Assembly: GCA_964016885.1 (NCBI GenBank)
Contig: OZ024741.1
Coordinates: forward strand, 24,676,001 to 24,740,000
DNA: 64,000 nt
Origin: Eledone cirrhosa
Taxonomy: Eukaryota
Direction: 5' to 3'
Part shown: positions 61,601 through 64,000 of the stretch, one piece after another
Layout of the letters: each line of letters begins with the position of its first letter
Numbering within the stretch: the stretch's first letter is position 1
Translations under genes and position numbers: made by a program
The notes under the pieces: model-generated
Database searches by the model: none
Seen by the model: only the letters and a program-made list of their open reading frames with translations
What the model was told of the DNA's origin: nothing

Positions 61601-63400
61601 TATACTCTCTCAGTCAGGTATATATATACTCTCTCAGTCAGGTATATATACTCTCTCAGTCAGGTATATATACTCTCTCAGTCAGGTATATATAATCTCT
61701 TAGTCAGGTATATATACTCTCTCAGTCAGATATATATATATACTCTCTTAGTCAGGTATATATACTCTCTCAGTCAGGTATATATACTCCTCTCAGTCAG
61801 GTATATATATACTCTCTTAATCAGGTATATATACTCTCTCAGTCAGGTATATATAATCTCTCAGTCAGGTATATATACTCTCTCAGTCAGGTATATATAC
61901 ACTCTCTCAGTCAGATATATATACTCTCTCAGTCAGGTATATATACTCTCTCTGTCAGGTATATATACTCTCTCAGTCAGGTATATATACTCTCTCAGTC
62001 AGGTATATATATATATACTCTCTCAGTCAGGTATATATATATATATACTCTCTTAGTCAGGTATATATACACTCTCTCAGTCAGTTATATATATACTCTC
62101 TCAGTCAGGTATATATACTCTCTCAGTCAGGTATATATACTCTCTCAGTCAGGTATATATACTCTCTCAGTCTGGTATATACACTCTCTCAGTCAGGTAT
62201 ATACACTCTCTCAGTCAGGTATATATACTCTCTCAGTCAGGTATATATATACTCTCTCAGTCAGATATATATATATATATATACTCTCTTAGTCAGGTAT
62301 ATATAATCTCCCAGTCAGATATATATACTCTCTCACTCAGGTATATATATACTCTCTCAGTCGGGTATATATACTTTCTCAGTCAGGTATATATACTCTC
62401 TCAGTCAGGTATATACACTCTCTCAGTCAGGTATATACACTCTCTCAGTCAGGTATATATACTCTCTCAGTCAGGTATATATATACTCTCTCAGTCAGAT
62501 ATATATATATATATATATACTCTCTTAGTCAGGTATATATAATCTCCCAGTTAGATATATATACTCTCTCAGTCAGGTATATATATACTCTCTCAGTCAT
62601 ATATATATATATATATATACTCTCTTAGTCAGGTATATATAATCTCCCAGTCAGGTATATAAACTCTCTCAGTCAGGTATATATACTCTCTCAGTCAGGT
62701 ATATATATACTCTCTCAGTCAGGTATATATATACTCTCTCAGTCAGATATATATATATACTCTCTTAGTCAGGTATATATATATACTCTCTCAGTCAGGT
62801 ATATATATACTCTCTCAGTCAGATATATATATATACTCTCTGAGTCAGGTATATATACTCTCTCAGTCAGGTATATATACTCTCTCAGTCAGGTATATAT
62901 AATCTCTCAGTCAGGTATATATACTCTCTCAGTCAGGTATATATACTCTCTCAGTCAGGTATATATATACTCTCTCAGTCAGGTATATACACTCTCTCAC
63001 TCAGATATATATACTCTCTCAGTCAGGTATATATATATACTCTCTCAGTCAGGTATATATACTCTCTCAGTCAGGTATATATATACTCTCTCAGTGAGGT
63101 ATATATATACTCTCTCAGTCAGGTATATATATATATACTCTCTTAGTCAGGTATATATACACTCTCTCAGTCAGTTATATATATACTCTCTCAGTCAGGT
63201 ATATATACTCTCTCAGTCAGGTATATATACTCTCTCAGTCAGGTATATATATATATATACTCTCTTAGTCAGGTATATACACTCTCTCAGTCAGTTATAT
63301 ATATACTCTCAGTCAGATATATATACTCTCTCAGTCAGGTATATATACTCTCTCAGTCAGGTATATATAATCTCTCAGTCAGGTATATATACTCTCTCAG
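52500..63400 (+). repeat. ~8.15-8.36 kb-offset repetition at the right end (about 52.5-55.0 kb repeated at about 60.7-63.4 kb)
   Basis: CCTTCAGG 52741/60913, TAATCTCTTAG context 53341/61491, ACTCCTCTC ~53636/61786, CCCAGTTAG 54184/62546 and TGAGTCA 54479/62841. Confidence 0.85.
60481..60736 (+). repeat. Four perfect copies of a 64-bp three-monomer unit
   Basis: CTCTCTCAGACAGGTATCTATA-CTCTCTGTCAGGTATATATA-ATCTCTCAGTCAGGTATATATA (22+20+22 bp) starts at 60481, 60545, 60609 and 60673. Confidence 0.95.
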
Positions 63401-64000
63401 TCAGGTATATATACTCTCTCAGTCAGGTATATATACTCTCTCAGTCAGGTATATATACTCTGTCAGTCAGGTATATATACTCTCTCAGTCAGGTATATAT
63501 ACTCTCTCAGTCAGGTATATATACTCTCTCAGTCAGGTATATATATACTCTCTCAGTCAGGTATATATACTCTCTCAGTCAGGTATATATACTCTCTCAG
63601 TCAGGTATATATACTCTCTCAGTCAGGTATATATACTCTCTCAGTCAGGTATATATACTCTCTCAGTCAGGTATATATACTCTCTCAGTCAGGTATATAT
63701 ATACTCTCTCAGTCAGGTATATATATATACTCTCTCAGTCAGGTATATATACTCTCTCAGTCAGGTATATATACTCTCTCAGTCAGGTATATATACTCTC
63801 TCAGTCAGGTATATATACTCTCTCAGTCAGGTATATATACTCTCTCAGTCAGGTATATATATACTCTCTCAGTCAGATATATATATATATACTCTCTTAG
63901 TCAGGTATATATATATACTCTCTCAGTCAGGTATATATATACCCTCTCAGTCAGATATATATATATACTCTCTCAGTCAGGTATATATACTCTCTCAGTC

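Larger units (their letters stand above)
1..64000 (+). repeat. Tandem satellite array, ~22-bp monomer CTCTCTCAGTCAGG(TA)4 with variable (TA)n; runs off both window edges
   Basis: The monomer is readable head-to-tail from base 1 to 64000 in the same orientation. Common variants are CTCTCTTAG, ATCTCTCAG, CACTCTCTCAG, CAGAT, CAGTT and (TA)3-10. Confidence 0.99.

Noticed and set aside
476-63900. All 22 ORFs in the track (e.g. 1749..2627, 19213..20052, 20509..21375)
   Set aside because: They are translations of a stop-free repeat. Starts are chance variants (GTG, TTG, ATA, rare ATG), ends are TTAG, TAAT or similar variants, and there are no domains. Identical ORFs merely mark DNA duplications.
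1-64000. CRISPR array (constant repeat with variable intervals)
   Set aside because: The intervals are only (TA)n, not unique spacers, and there is no leader or cas gene.
1-64000. Telomerase-made telomere: the monomer contains TCAGG (tenebrionid beetle telomere motif), rare TTAGG, and its length resembles long yeast telomeric units
   Set aside because: The motif is embedded in CT and TA tracts rather than tandem. Rare variants are propagated in multi-kb duplicated blocks, which indicates recombination or duplication and not templated addition. A subtelomeric location is not excluded.
1-64000. Tandem core promoters (TATATATA plus Inr-like TCAGTC/TCAGTT)
   Set aside because: TATA-to-Inr distances are about 15 or 37 bp rather than about 30, and both motifs are inherent to the low-complexity monomer.
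1-64000. Inversions, transposon insertions or unique islands within the array
   Set aside because: I saw no reverse-complement monomer (CCTGACTGAGAGAG) and no non-repeat stretch on reading through.
1-64000. Pure sequencing artefact or synthetic concatemer
   Set aside because: Variants are shared hierarchically among blocks and odd-length indels are rare and inherited, which fits real evolutionary history. Individual large duplications could still be misassemblies.
1-64000. TA-tract lengths as an encoded message or programmed diversity system
   Set aside because: The length patterns are explained by slippage plus block duplication, and no associated enzyme gene or readout is visible in the window.

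Overview
The whole 64 kb window is one uninterrupted, single-orientation tandem array (satellite/minisatellite) of a ~22-bp AT-rich monomer, consensus CTCTCTCAGTCAGGTATATATA, roughly 2,700 copies by eye. I see no unique sequence, gene, RNA gene, transposon or CRISPR array. The ORFs in the track are artefacts: the + strand consensus has no stop codon in any frame. The information is in the variant monomers. (TA)n length changes (n about 3-10) and recurrent point variants form ordered cassettes, and rare marker variants show nested duplications at about 64 bp, 0.45 kb, 1.3-1.8 kb, 2.8 kb, 4.5 kb, 8.2-8.6 kb and 11.1 kb. Copies right of ~15.7 kb are near-identical, while the left part is more diverged. 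It is most likely eukaryotic heterochromatic, subtelomeric or pericentromeric satellite. Organism and function cannot be determined from the sequence. I found no evidence of a new coding system. The best lead is the variant grammar and higher-order structure of the array. Coordinates of markers and boundaries were counted by hand and are approximate.
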